NCBI RefSeq assembly: GCF_000143415.4
Contig: NW_003314327.1
Location: 458,775 to 522,774 of the forward strand
Source of the DNA: Selaginella moellendorffii
Taxonomy: Eukaryota; Plantae; Lycopodiophyta
Direction of reading: 5' to 3'
Length of the DNA: 64,000 nucleotides
In this document: positions 39,140 through 52,943 of the stretch, in pieces
Numbering within the stretch: position 1 is the stretch's first letter
Layout of the letters: every line of letters begins with the position of its first letter
Notes under the pieces: model-generated
Told to the model about the DNA's origin: nothing
Database searches by the model: none
Seen by the model: only the letters and a program-made list of their open reading frames with translations
Position numbers and translations under genes: made by a program

Positions 39140-40698
39140 ATGGGTTCTGGCGACGCGCCCCCTTCCAGTGCGAAAGCTTCAAAGGCAGCGCCGCCGCCTC
39201 CTCCTCCACCTCCTCCTCCTCCTCCGGCCACTTCTTCTTCCCAGGTTTGTTCGTTAAAGCCTTTGTCTTTATCCCATTTTATAGTTGACACAAACGAGTG
39301 AGTGCTTAGGAAACTCACACTCCAACCTCGTGGCCACAAGTAAGAGCATGCTTCTCACTCTGTCGATTTGAGCTTGTGACTAAGTCGAGTTTTTCCTTCC
39401 TTTTTTCTTCTGTGTAGGGATACTATCCTCCTCCTCCAGCGCCGGGGGGAGCACCACAAGCTGGCTACTTTCCTGTGTGGCATGGACAAGTACAAAGATT
39501 CCAACTTTCTTGGAACTAAGTAGCTTGGCTGATCTTTTATTTTTCTTTTTCTTCGCAGCATATGCAGCCTATGATGTATGGACATTACGCAATGTACCCG
39601 CATGGAGGCTACCCATACGGTCTCGCTGGAATGGCGTCTCCTCCCGGCAGTGGAAATGACGGGGTAATGTATCCAGAAAACAAAAGGAAATCTCTAATAA
39701 ACACTGTTTGCTGTGATTCTCAGGCTGCGGAAGGCAAGTCATCCAAAAGTAAGAAAAGGAAGACGAAACCAGAAGCTGCTGTTGACAAAGCAATTGCCCC
39801 GAGGTTTTTGCTGTGCAATCGGGCTGTTTTTGTTTTTGGTGGATTAACGTTCTGACTGGCAGAACCGAGGAGAGCGACAGTGATGGTTCTCCCAGTGGAA
39901 ACAGTGACGAGGACAAGGTATGACACGTTTTGCCTTTGCTAAGGCTGGCGTTTTGTTGGTCCTACGCAGACGGAGAACAAGAAAAACAGTAGCGAGCAAG
40001 GGACAGAGACAACTAATGGGTTTCAGTACACAGGTTGTTATCAAAACCACTCCTTTTCTCTTAGATTTGATTAGCGAGAACAAGTCCAGGTGTAGATTTC
40101 TGGAATGGTGGTCAGGGAAAGCAGCGTGCGTCCGGAGCTATCGTTCCAGCCGGGGCCCTGGAATCTGACATGATGTTACAAGTACGCATCCTGGCTCGAT
40201 ATGAACCTTTACTAATAAGTTCTTCCTTTAAATCTCAGGATGAACGCGAACTTAAGCGTCAGCGTAGGAAGCAATCTAACAGGGAATCAGCAAGGCGCTC
40301 GAGGCAAAGAAAACAAGTTAGTCTCTTTCTCTTGTTTTCCTTCTCCCCTTTCACAAGCACGTTTACATTTGGTTTTGACAGAAAGAATGTGAGGAACTGA
40401 GCCACAAAGTGGAAGATCTAACCCAAGACAATGAGAGGCTGAAAGCTCAGCTAGCAGATGTCCAGGAAATAAAGCGGCAACTCGAAGAGGAGCGCGACTC
40501 TTACCTGGTAAAAGCTTTCGTTTTCTCTTTTCTTGTCTAAAGTTCTCTGATTTCTAGGAGCAACTCCAAGCTTTGCAGCAGCACGGGGACTCTCCCAAAG
40601 CCGCCGAGCTACACAAAGGCAAGCAAAGGGACCAGCAAGGCTCTAGCTCGCCCATTGTACAAAACAATCAGCAGCAGCATCTGCCAGAGATTGGATAG
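39140..40698 (+). CDS. G-group bZIP (G-box binding factor-like) transcription factor
   Basis: Pro-rich N-terminus MGSGD...PPPP, QDERELKRQRRKQSNRESARRSRQRKQ, leucine zipper. Confidence 0.9.
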
Positions 40699-40841
40699 CA
40701 ACGAAAGCGCAAAAGCATCTATAGAGTGTACTATGACAGAACCAAACACGTTTAAAAGCTTCCCTTATAACATTTTTTTAAAAGGGTCCAGTTCAGAGGT
40801 TTAGGGCTCCTCGGAGATTTTAGGGCTCTGCAGTAGCGGGA

Positions 40842-43275
40842 ATGGCATCAGTGTATCCATCCGGGCGAGCGCCACCAGCGAGGAGCTCACAGCCGCCGCC
40901 CCCGCCTCCTCCTCCTTACGGTAGTAGCAGTAGATCGCATTCGTCGCAGCATCAGCCTCCTCCTCCCGGATCGCAGCAATATCCACCAGGGCCTCCGCCC
41001 GGCGTGCCACCGTATTCATCAGGTACGAGCTCGGGCTATGGCGGCCACTATTCCGGAGGGGGAGGGCATCACCATCAGCCGCAGCGCCCCAGTCACCACG
41101 ATAGGCCGCCGGGCGGCGGCGGCGGCGGCGGCTATGGAAATTATCCTCCTCCACCACCACCGCCGTCGTCCTCTTCCTATCCGGCTCAAGCGCCAGGGAG
41201 GAATCCCAGCTCCAATTCTTCGAGTCATCCCAATTCGGGTGATCACCATCAACAGCACCAATCTCACCCTGTGAAGAGGGAAACGGAGGAGGAGAGACGC
41301 GAAAGGAAGAAGAAGGAGTATGAGATGAGGAAGCAAAGGGACGCTAAGGCCTCGGCTCACCACTCTCAGCAGAAGCAGCGGATAGAGAAGAAGCCATCCG
41401 TTGTGCCGGACAAGGCTGAGAACCGGTTGAAGAGACCATCCACCTTTCTTTGTAAGATCAAGTAAGTTCGCGGATGTGTGTTGCTCGAATTTCTTACACA
41501 CTGGGTGTTTTCTTTCTCCAGATTTAGGAATGAGCTGCCGGATCCTGTATCACAACCAAAGTTGCTTCGCATATACAATGATAAAGACAGGTACGTTTTG
41601 ATTTTGATCGATTTGTTCCAGGACGTCGCGCTGATTGTTTCTCCCTGGTTTTAGATATTCAAAGTATTCTATTACATCAATGGAGAAAACCTTCAAGCAC
41701 AAGCTTTACGTGGAGCCAGACCTTGGTATCCCATTAGATCTTCTCGACCTCAGTGTATACAAGTATGGCTTTGCATTTCTAGATGTTGGATTTACGTTCA
41801 GACTTGCAGTCCGCCAAAGACGAAGGCTCCTCTAGATCCTGCAGACGCAGAGCTTCTCGTGGACGACGAAGTTGGAGTGAAGCAGAAGGCTGAACTAGCG
41901 AGGAGAAAAGAACGGCCTACTGACAAGGGCGTGGCCTGGCTGGTGAAAACTACATACATTTCTCCTGTCAGTATGGATCCTGCTAAGCAGGTAAGGCTTA
42001 CTTTTTTCGTCTTCTTTCTTTACTTCATGTCCGCCTTCATGCTTGTGTTCAGTCGTTGACGGAAAAACAAGCCAAGGAGCTGAGAGAACAGAAGGAGGGC
42101 CGAAAAGGTCCAATCAATGACAGGTGAAGGATCAACGTTGTTGATCAATTTCACAGCTCTCAATGCTTTTTCTTTTTGGCAGAGACCACCAAATTCAAGC
42201 CATTGAGGAAACTTTCAGGGTTTCTAAGATGGAGCCTGTACATCAAACCAAGCCCGAACTCAAACCTGTGGAAGTTTTACCTTTACTACCAGACTTCTCC
42301 AGGTTAAGCATGCAGCATTATCGTTCATTATCGTTCATTATCCTGATTTTGTTTGCTTCTGTAGGTGTGGCGACCAGTTTGTCCATGTTGTTTTTGACAC
42401 CGAGCCAACCGGGGACTCGGAGCTCTACAGCAAACTTGATCGGAACACAAGGGACTACCTTGAATCTCGAGTACGGTTTCCATTTCAAAACGTGCAATTC
42501 TTACTGGTAAATTGGGGTGAAACAGGCGGTTGTAAAGAGTTACTCGTTGCCCAAGGAAGACGGTAAGACGGAAAAGTTTCTGGGCTACATGGTTCCAAAA
42601 CTAGACGAGGTATTCTTTATTCATTCAGTTATATTTCAAACCTGTGTGTTTTGTACTCAGGCGCATGACGACGACGATGAAATTCCCTATACCTGGATAA
42701 GGGAGTATCAATGGGATGTACGTATAGTTTTCTGGTGCGAAAGTATGTCTCATTCTCTTGAAACTCCAGGTCCGTGGAGAGGATGCTCGAAATAACTACG
42801 TCTTCTGTTTTGGAAAAGATGCTGTACAATACTTGGTACAAGAAAAATCTGGAGTCGTCTCTAGTATAACAATCTGAACATTTTATGCAGCCAATCAGCT
42901 CCAAGCTCATACTACACAAGAAGAAGGCTAGGGAGGGCCGCTCTAAAGACGACGTTGACAATCAATTTTTAGTTCCGTCGAGCGTTACAGTCCGTCGAAG
43001 AGACTTGACGGAGGAAGAAGAAGACCAACGAGAGTCCATGCGAAGAATCTTCATGGATGTAAGTCGGAGGTTATGAGTTTTGGTTTGTAGAGACTGAGAG
43101 CGCGGTTTTTTTTTCGCAGGGCCGCCTAACTGAGACAGCGATAGAGGAAGAAGCTCCAACGACAAAGAGCAACAAGAGACCCATGGAAATCGAGAGACAC
43201 TCCACGAAACGAAGACGGCCGTCTTACCAGGAGGAAACAAGAGAGGCTAGCGAAGACGAGGACGTCTCTATTTAA
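40842..43275 (+). CDS. ELF7: RNA polymerase II-associated factor 1 (PAF1/ELF7)
   Basis: Pro/Gly-rich N-terminus; RLKRPSTFLCKIK|FRNELPDP, YSITSMEK, EPDLGIPLDLLDLSVY, GVAWLVKTTYISP, PVEVLPLLPDF, YTWIREYQWD. Confidence 0.93.
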
Positions 43276-46200
43276 GCGTGCTTTTGGATTTGGACAAGGA
43301 AAGCAAACCAAGCTCTGCCAGCGGCGCTTACCAGGTACACAGAGACGCGCTACAGCCATACAGCAAAGAGAGAGGGGGAGTTCTTTGCTTTTGGTTTTTA
43401 AATTCTTTCTCGTGACGCGAAGTCAATCGCGCTACTGACCCGCGAATCGGCAGCAAGGCAGAGCTCTCGGCTGGCAGAGAACATCACAGAATCGCGAAGA
43501 TGGTGAACGAAGAAAAGAAGCGACGATGACTTCAGTGGTTCTCGTTCACGAGAAGACAAGATAGAAAGAAGAAAGGAAGGGTTGGCTTGAGTGTACATTA
43601 TGGCAGTTAGTACTGACTGACAAAATGCCATGGCAATAAAGTTCCAGATTGCAATTGAAATCGCCCATCTCTCTTGTTATATGCTTTGTCTTTTTTTTTT
43701 TTTTTTTTCCCTTCTTTTCATGTGAGGAACTTTTGTTGTGTTGTGTGTGCGAGTCTGCCTGTCCTTCGGTGGTGGTGCCAATGTACCACACAGCTCCCCT
43801 TGGAAAAGGATATGGTCAATGCGCAAAGCGCGTTATCGGCTGTTAGCCTATCGCCTCTTTCGAATCTATTCGATTGTAACTCCAAAAGGAGCCTGTCTGT
43901 CTATTTCTCTCGTAGCATTTTCTTTCACAGGCGACCATTGGAGCATTTACGGAACTTTAACTTGGTTTTTTCTTTTTCTTTTTTTTCTTTCCTTTGTTTC
44001 CATCCTCTTCAATTTTCTTGCAGTTTTTCTCGTTTCTTCGCCTCGCTCGCTAGCTGTAAACTTGCTTGATTGCACTTTGCTCTCCTTTGTCAAAAAGGCA
44101 TACCTGGCTCCCTGCGAGAATGTCCAATGTCCATGTCTCTCTCGCTTCTAGAATGCAAGGAAGAATTAAAAAGAAGAGTTTCCCAGAGGAAGTTTTTTAC
44201 AGAGAAACGAACTCCATTCACAACTAGTCCGCGTGATGCATAAATTCTCTCCCGTCCGTACCTGTCGTACGATCTGTTCACCATGTGAATCCCCGCGAGG
44301 TTTCTCGCAAATCTTGTTTTTTCTTTTGTGGCCACCTTTGATTCGCTTCGTATCTTTGCAACAGCGCCGGTGGCCGTTTGGTGCTTGTCGACGTAGCCAA
44401 AATCCCCAAATCTTTCCATCCGTAAGGATCGGCTGCGTGATTGTCTTTAAAAAACGTAAAATTCCGCGAATCCTTGTCATGCTCTCAAGGCAAAAGCTCG
44501 AGAACCAACACTGGTCAACTGCACTACAAAAACTCCACTGCGGCGATCTCTGCATTACTTCGTTTCACCCAACACAGCAATGTTGTCAAATTTCTTGTTT
44601 TTGTTTAGTTTTCTCACACACACATGTTACACATAGAAAAGGATGCACAAGTCAAACAAAAGTATGATAAGAGTGTGTAACTTTTGATGGTACCGCCCAC
44701 ATTCATAAGCTCGAGCTTGTGCTGCAGACTAGACTGATCCTTGGAAGAGATGCATTTTGCATTTTGCATTCTGCATCTCAGGACAAGATCTGTTTGGTGC
44801 TCATTTTCAATTTCAAGAAACCAAACAGGTTACAAGATCAGGATCAACAGTGTAGTGCACCAACCATGTTCTGGGTGAACCTTCTTGTAAAGCTTTCGTT
44901 TTTTTTCGTTGTTTTAAATGCAATTTGTTTGGAGTGACCATGTGAAAGGAGGGCCTGCCCTGCACAGTGACAAGTTAGAAATGGCTGCGCTCTCATGTGA
45001 CCGTGGCAGCAACAAGCTGCCGTATCTATCACACCATATGTACCAGAGATATTTTTCTCCTTTCTTAGTCTCGAGCAGTCGATACTCGAGAGAAGAGAGA
45101 ATCCAAGAGTTTAACACCACAGGGAGAAACATCACCAGGTTTGACCCCTCGAGAGACTGGAAGGAAAACAAACGCGTAATGTCGGTGTTTGCCTCTCAAC
45201 TCGGTATAATATTCTTGAAAACAGTACATACATCTATATATATCCGGAACGAATAGTCAGAAATTAAAACGACTGACACAGAGGGAAAGAGAGAGACACG
45301 AACAAGACGAAGTTCCCTCATGCTCTTTTCATGTGCTGCTTGTCTGAAATTTTCTTCTGGATCGTCATCTAGCTAAAGATCTTAGACTTGTTTTTCTTTT
45401 TTTTCTTCGCCTCACAATTATATAGGATCCAATCCAATCCAACAAGGCAACATAAACAAGTTGGATATTCCCAAGCTCTCTGAGTTGCTGTTTGCTAAAT
45501 GATTAAAATTCCCATGTTGTGCCATGTTAGATCTAGCCTAGGATGGATACAAGGCATGCATTGCATTCTGATCTAGGGTGTGTGTCCTTGTGGGATTTGC
45601 TGCTCCAGAGTGGGGCCTGGGCTGCTCCCAGTGACATGACACCATTGCGTGCTCCGTTTTGTGCTCTCCCTTTGGTGCCTTGCAGATTAAAACCACGTAA
45701 CGTTCAAACCATCTTCTTCTTCATTTCTTTCCCCTTCCCCAAAGACCTTTTCCCCCTTCAGAAAATACAAAACTTGAGTAACATGGATATGAAGTTTGGG
45801 CATTTGTCTTGCTTGCCTCAAAGTCACCACATCAACAGTGGAGTCACTTGCGAAACAGGAGCGGCGGACCCCAACTGGAGATTGAACCGGGAGCTTAGTA
45901 CTAAAGGATTCGTGGAAACTATGACCCTCCTTTGTACAAAAATCCCTGGTGTCCGAAGGACTTGCTTGCCCAAGTTGGCGCTCCACAGTTGCGGAATTAG
46001 TTTGGGAGCGGGGCCATGCCCCCACAAGTGGGGGTTAAAAGTAACAAGATATTCCCCTTTACCGGGTCCGGGAACTGTGGCAGCATCGCGGGGGAGTGTT
46101 TTTATGATTGTCTTGGCTAGTCTAAGTGGTGGCGGCACATTTGGAAAACATGACGAGGAGCACAATGCCTTTGGCATGATCACCACCACCTTTGTGTTTG

Positions 46201-47218
46201 AACCTGAGCCCGCCCGCCCCCCGCCCGCCATCCAGCTTTTAAAATCACATTTCATGAACAACGGCAGACACCAAGCACGAATGGGGGCTTGTATTTTATC
46301 TGGTTTTGTGCTGCTGGTGGTGGTGCGTGGTGGTGGGTTTTTTTGTTTGATTAGGCCTACTTGATTAGCTTTTGATCAACTTTTGATTTGTGGGTGGAAT
46401 ATTCTGTTGTTGGCGGCAGGAGCAGCAGCAGAGCAGCCAGATGGGTTATAAATGCCAAGCAGGTGAGCCCTATTTAATAGTCTTTGACCCATGCCTCTTT
46501 TTTTTTTTTTTCCTTCAGCCATGCAAGCAAAGCAAGCAAGCAAGCAATGCTACTACAAAACAAGACTACACACAAAACTCTCAGGACAAGTGGACAACAC
46601 ACACAAACGAAGCGCCAAAAAGAGAAAATGAAAATCATCTCATTTCTTGAGCAGAATTAACCAAGACAATGCTGCAGGACACTGACTCTGACTGTCCTGA
46701 ATGAATGGGGTCGCAAATTAGAAGGAGAAGAAGAAAGAAGAAGAAGCTGGGAGGAAGATCACTCCCTTGTGTGTGTCCGTCCGTCCGCCATAGCCAATAA
46801 GAACCCTAAAAACTGGACGGGGGATGGAAGGGAAAATTCCCTCCGTTGGGTTGCCCGGAAGAGACGACTTTGAGGTTTTGTTTGTTGAATCCGTCCGACA
46901 TGCTCAACGGTTGCGGGACCCTCGAATTTTCTCACTCTTCGCGATTTAAATCTCTTTGTTTTTCCTATTTTTTTTTCTCTCTAGCCAGCCAGCCCAGCTC
47001 TGTTCCTGCTAGTAGCCATTTCCCGCTCCTCCTTTTAATTGCTACTCGTCGAAGTGCATAGAAGTAAAGTTTTGCGCTCATTCCCCTCAGAGCTCCAGAC
47101 GAAAAGAGTGTTCTTCTCTTCTGTGCTCGTCCTCCACTGTTCCTTCTCCCTTCTTGTTCGTTGTTCTTGAGGTTCCCCGCTTAATTGGTGCTGGAATTGT
47201 ATCGCGAATCCATCGAGA

Positions 47219-48274
47219 ATGGGGAGGCCGCAGCGGTACCGGGGCGTGAGGCAACGCCACTGGGGCTCTTGGGTCAGCGAGATCCGACACCCTCTGCTGT
47301 AAGCTCCGCCCAAAATCCAGAGTCTTTTCTCTTGTCGCTCGGGGAAGATAGCTGAAGAACAGAGCTTGCATTGTTTCTCTCTCTCTCTCTCTCTCTCTCC
47401 CCCCCTCTCGTCTATTTCACGGCGAAAGAAAGAGAGGAGTGCTTGGTCAATTCCCACTTTAAAAGATGGCCTGCATTGTCCAAGTTAGAATCTAAGAAGG
47501 AACACCTTTTCCCTTACTCTTTGCTTGTCGAGAAGTCTGTAGATCAATCCAGAGTCTAGAGCTCCGCAAGTGTTGATCGATCGGATCTCCATGGTAGACG
47601 AGCAGCGGGCAGGATCATCTTAGATTTTTCTTTCCTTGTCTTGCTGTTCTTGGCGAGGATTGATGGGATTCCTTGAATGCAGGAAGACGAGAGTGTGGCT
47701 GGGCACATTCGAGACCGCCGAGGACGCCGCCCGTGCCTACGACGAGGCCGCCAGATTGATGGGAGGCCCCCGGGCAAGAACGAACTTCCCCTACGATCCC
47801 AATGCGCCGCCACATCCATCCTCCTCGACGCTCCTCTCCACGCTCAGCGCCAAGCTCAATCGATGCTTCTCCTCCTCCTCGTCTTCCTCCTGCTCCACCG
47901 ATCCCCACAAGAAGGATCCTAGGGTTTCGCAATCCCTGACGTGCTTGCGCCTGGATCCCGAGCAATCCAACCTGGGAATCTGGCAGAAGAAATCGGGCAG
48001 GCAGCCCGAATCCAACTGGGTGATGAAGGTACACTTTGGAAGCCAGGGCGGCGGTGGCGTGAGCAGCGACATTGTTCTTCCCACCGATAATCCCGCGCCG
48101 CCACAGCCCATAGAGCACAAGAAGATGAAGAGCGAGGAAGATCTGGCCACCGAGATGATCGAGGAGCTCCTCAACTTCCCGGATTCCTCTTCGCCGTCGT
48201 CGAGCACGAGTTCCTCCGAGGCGAAGAACCCTAATTTTTCTTCCTCCGATCTCCTCCACCATATACTCGTATAG
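47219..48274 (+). CDS. AP2/ERF transcription factor, group V (ERF003/ESE3, SHINE-related), two exons
   Basis: [27 protein letters not shown]|[26 protein letters not shown]...LTCLRLD...LGIWQK...MIEELL. Confidence 0.93.
47376..47399. repeat. (CT)n microsatellite in the ERF intron
   Basis: About 12 CT units. Confidence 0.8.
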
Positions 48275-48401
48275 AGGATCGAGCAGCGCTGGGCACACGA
48301 TCGAGAGAGATCGCCGGGGCTGCTGATCTGGAGAAAATATTTCTTAGCTTTAGCTATACTATCGGGGCTAGAACCCTAATTAATCGTTCTTTGTTCTAGC
48401 A

Positions 48402-49060
48402 ATGGATGCGCGATTCGCGAAGGTTTCTTTCGGATTGTCTGATCTTTTCTTGACCATTTCCTTCGAATCGCAGCTCCCGAGATTCGTGACAGTAGCGATC
48501 GAGGTCCCGCGCGGGAGCTTCGTGAAGCGGCGCGTCGATGGATCCGTGGATTTCATCGCGCCGCTGCCCTGCCCCTTCAATTACGGCTCGGTCTCGTCGA
48601 TCCCAGCTCCCGACGGTAGGGGTAAATCTCCATCGCTTTTGGATCGACTGTTCACGGCAATCCAATCCACAATGCAGGTGATCCACTGGACGCCCTTGTT
48701 CTTGGCGAAATCCTCCCATACAATGCCGCTACCACGCACAGGGTCGTGGGCGTCGTTCGATTCACCGACGCTGGATTCACGGACAACAAGCTCGTTTGCG
48801 TCCAGGCCGATCGAAATCTCAAGCGTAGGAAGGAGGAGCTCCTCTCAATCTCAATGCGCCGCAGGAAGAACTTCAGCGCCGCCGCCAAAGCCATGATCCG
48901 AGAATCCATCGACGACGATCATCTCCGGCTCCTCGATTACTGCTCGCTCACCGCATTCTTCGGAATCTACGCGATTTTCAAGCGGGGGCTCAATGCAGCC
49001 AGGGGCCGCGGCGGCGAGACGGTGTTCCATGGCGTGGAAATCTTCCCTCCATCGCCATAG
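48402..49060 (+). CDS. Atypical family I soluble inorganic pyrophosphatase-like protein (3 exons)
   Basis: VAIEVPRGS, PCPFNYGSV, PD|GDPLDALVL, VVGVVRFTDAGFTDNKLV, FFGIY. Confidence 0.75.
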
Positions 49061-49153
49061 CTTCCTCCTCGCATGACCCGGCACTTGGCGGGATCACGGC
49101 CGTCGGCTATTTTAGGGTTTTTCTGTTCTGGTGGGAGCATTCTCTCTGGAGCG

Positions 49154-50150
49154 ATGGCGTCCGCGATGACCAGGTTGGGGAGGAGGGGGATTCGCTCCGC
49201 GCGATGGAGCTCCATGGCCGTGGCTGGGCAGCAGAGCAGGGCCAGCCACAGCTTCACGCTCCCGGATTTGGATTACGACTATGGCGAGCTGGAGCCGGCC
49301 ATCAGCGGCGAGATTATGAAGCTCCATCACACTAAGCACCACCAGACTTACATCACGAATTTCGTCAAGGCGCTGGAGCAGCTGGAGCAGGCCGAGAAGG
49401 ATGGGAATGCCGAGGCAATCGTCAAGCTCCAGGGTGCTATCAATTTCAATGGAGGAGGTAAGCGTAGCTTCTGGGCACAGGAATCTCACTTTTCCTTACA
49501 ATCTTCCTTTTGTGTTTTCTTTTTTCTTTTCCTGTCTTTACAGGACATGTGAATCACTCGATCTTCTGGAAGAACCTGGCGCCCTCAAAAGTAAGCTAGA
49601 TCTGCTGGGCACAAAACTTTTCTTCTCTTGTGATTTTTAGAGTGGAGGTGGTGAGCCACCAGAGGGAAAGCTTGCTTCGGCGATCAAGGACCAGTTTGGA
49701 TCGCTGGAGAAACTTATCGCCAAGATGAATGCTGATGGAGCTGCTCTTCAAGGCTCTGGATGGGTGGTATGTGTCTTTCTTTTTTCTTTTATCTTTCATG
49801 AACTCTATGGCTTGATCAGTGGCTGGGACTGAACAAGGATCTCAAACAGCTTGCTGTGCAGACCACTGCGAATCAGGTCTATGACGGCGCGTTGTTTCCA
49901 TTCCTAGATTTCTCTAAACTTTTAAAGTTGCAGGACCCTCTTGCGTCGAAAGGTCTTGTGCCTCTGCTGGGAATTGATGTGTGGGAGCACGCTTATTATC
50001 TCCAGGCATGGACTGATGTAAAATCGATCTAGCTTTCTAACAGTGATGTTTTTTTTTCAGTACAAAAATGTCAAGCCGGACTACCTCAAGAACATCTGGA
50101 AAGTGATAAACTGGAGCGACGTTTCTAGCAGATACGAGGCAAATTTGTAG
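49154..50150 (+). CDS. MSD1: Mitochondrial manganese superoxide dismutase
   Basis: [36 protein letters not shown]|[25 protein letters not shown]|YKNV. Confidence 0.96.
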
Positions 50151-50315
50151 GTTTCTCTTGGTTTTCCGAGGTTTGTATCATCACACCAAATAAGGAATGA
50201 GAGTTTCTTCCACACAAGATGCTAATAGAATATTCGGTGAAGACTATAATAATCTTTACTAAGTATTCGAACTCGTGACCTCCTTAGGTACATTTTAGGG
50301 TTCTAGAGAGAAGCA

Positions 50316-52006
<1,691 letters not shown>

Positions 52007-52049
52007 GGAAATTTTTTTCTTCCTTTATGCTAGCTTTTTCTTACAAAGT

Positions 52050-52424
52050 TTATGTCTCGTCTTGGATAAGCTCCTGGATAAAGCTAGGATCCACGTCGAG
52101 GATTGGGTGAGGCTCGAGCTTACAGCGAGAATAAGATTGGGTGCTGTAGATTGCATCGGAGGGGAAGGAGCGAGCCGTGGGCTGGCCATTGGGAGCGATA
52201 AAGTGGTGTGGAATTTCCTCCAGGCTCCGGCTCTCCAGCTCCAACGCCAGGCGGAGCTCCTTTTGGCGGCGGCGCTCCTCGGCCACATCTTTGAGCCTCT
52301 GGCGCTGCGCTCGCTCCATGAGCTGTCGCCTCTTTCGCTGCTGCTTTGCCCATTCCCACTTTGTTATGCCGCCAGGAAATGTTCGAGGGCCCCCGCCCAT
52401 CATCACCACCGCCAATGCAGCCAT
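52050..52424 (-). CDS. Small protein carrying the MGGGPRTFPGG motif found at the N-terminus of plant organellar DEAD-box helicases RH33/RH48
   Basis: Single 124-aa ORF with MGGGPRTFPGGITKWEW followed by a charged coiled coil; no helicase motifs. Confidence 0.6.
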   Translation of the reverse strand: MAALAVVMMGGGPRTFPGGITKWEWAKQQRKRRQLMERAQRQRLKDVAEERRRQKELRLALELESRSLEEIPHHFIAPNGQPTARSFPSDAIYSTQSYSRCKLEPHPILDVDPSFIQELIQDET

Positions 52425-52943
52425 GGTAGTCAAAACTAGACTTGATTGTGATTAAGAAATATTATAAATTTGAATATTCTAACAAATTTTATCTATCACA
52501 GGTGTCTAATTAGTTGTCTAATTAGTGCAACTCTAAGAAATGAATTTGTGAGGGCCAAGTGTACGGCTACGATGCCGTATACTAATATTAGCGTAGTGGA
52601 TTTTGGTAGCCGTCGGATTGGTTTCAATCCGGACCACTCGCTCTTGTATATAAGCTAGGGTTTTTGGGCTAATTGATATGCACATTTCTGTATTTCCTTT
52701 CCATATTCCATGCACTCACATTGGTGGAGTTGAGGGGCACCTTTGATTGTTCCTGGGGAGTGCTTGGATTTGGGATTTCGGTTTAGATCTAGCTTTTGAT
52801 CTAGCTTTTTCCATTTTCTTTCTTTTGTTTTTTCCTTTCAGGATTTTGGTTTAGATCTACCTTTTTGCATTGTCTAGATCTACCATTTCTTTCCAGCTTT
52901 TTGTCATTTCTCTTCTTTTGCTCTTTCTTTTTCATTCATCTTC

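Noticed and set aside
44101-44120. Partial resemblance to miR160 (CCTGGCTCCCTG)
   Set aside because: Only a 12-nt match and no fold-back partner seen.
45543-46364. 273-aa ORF
   Set aside because: No recognisable motifs and a composition typical of non-coding DNA.
50262-50283. B-box-like GGTCACGAGTTCGAAT on the minus strand between MSD1 and RPT4
   Set aside because: Too short and no cloverleaf.
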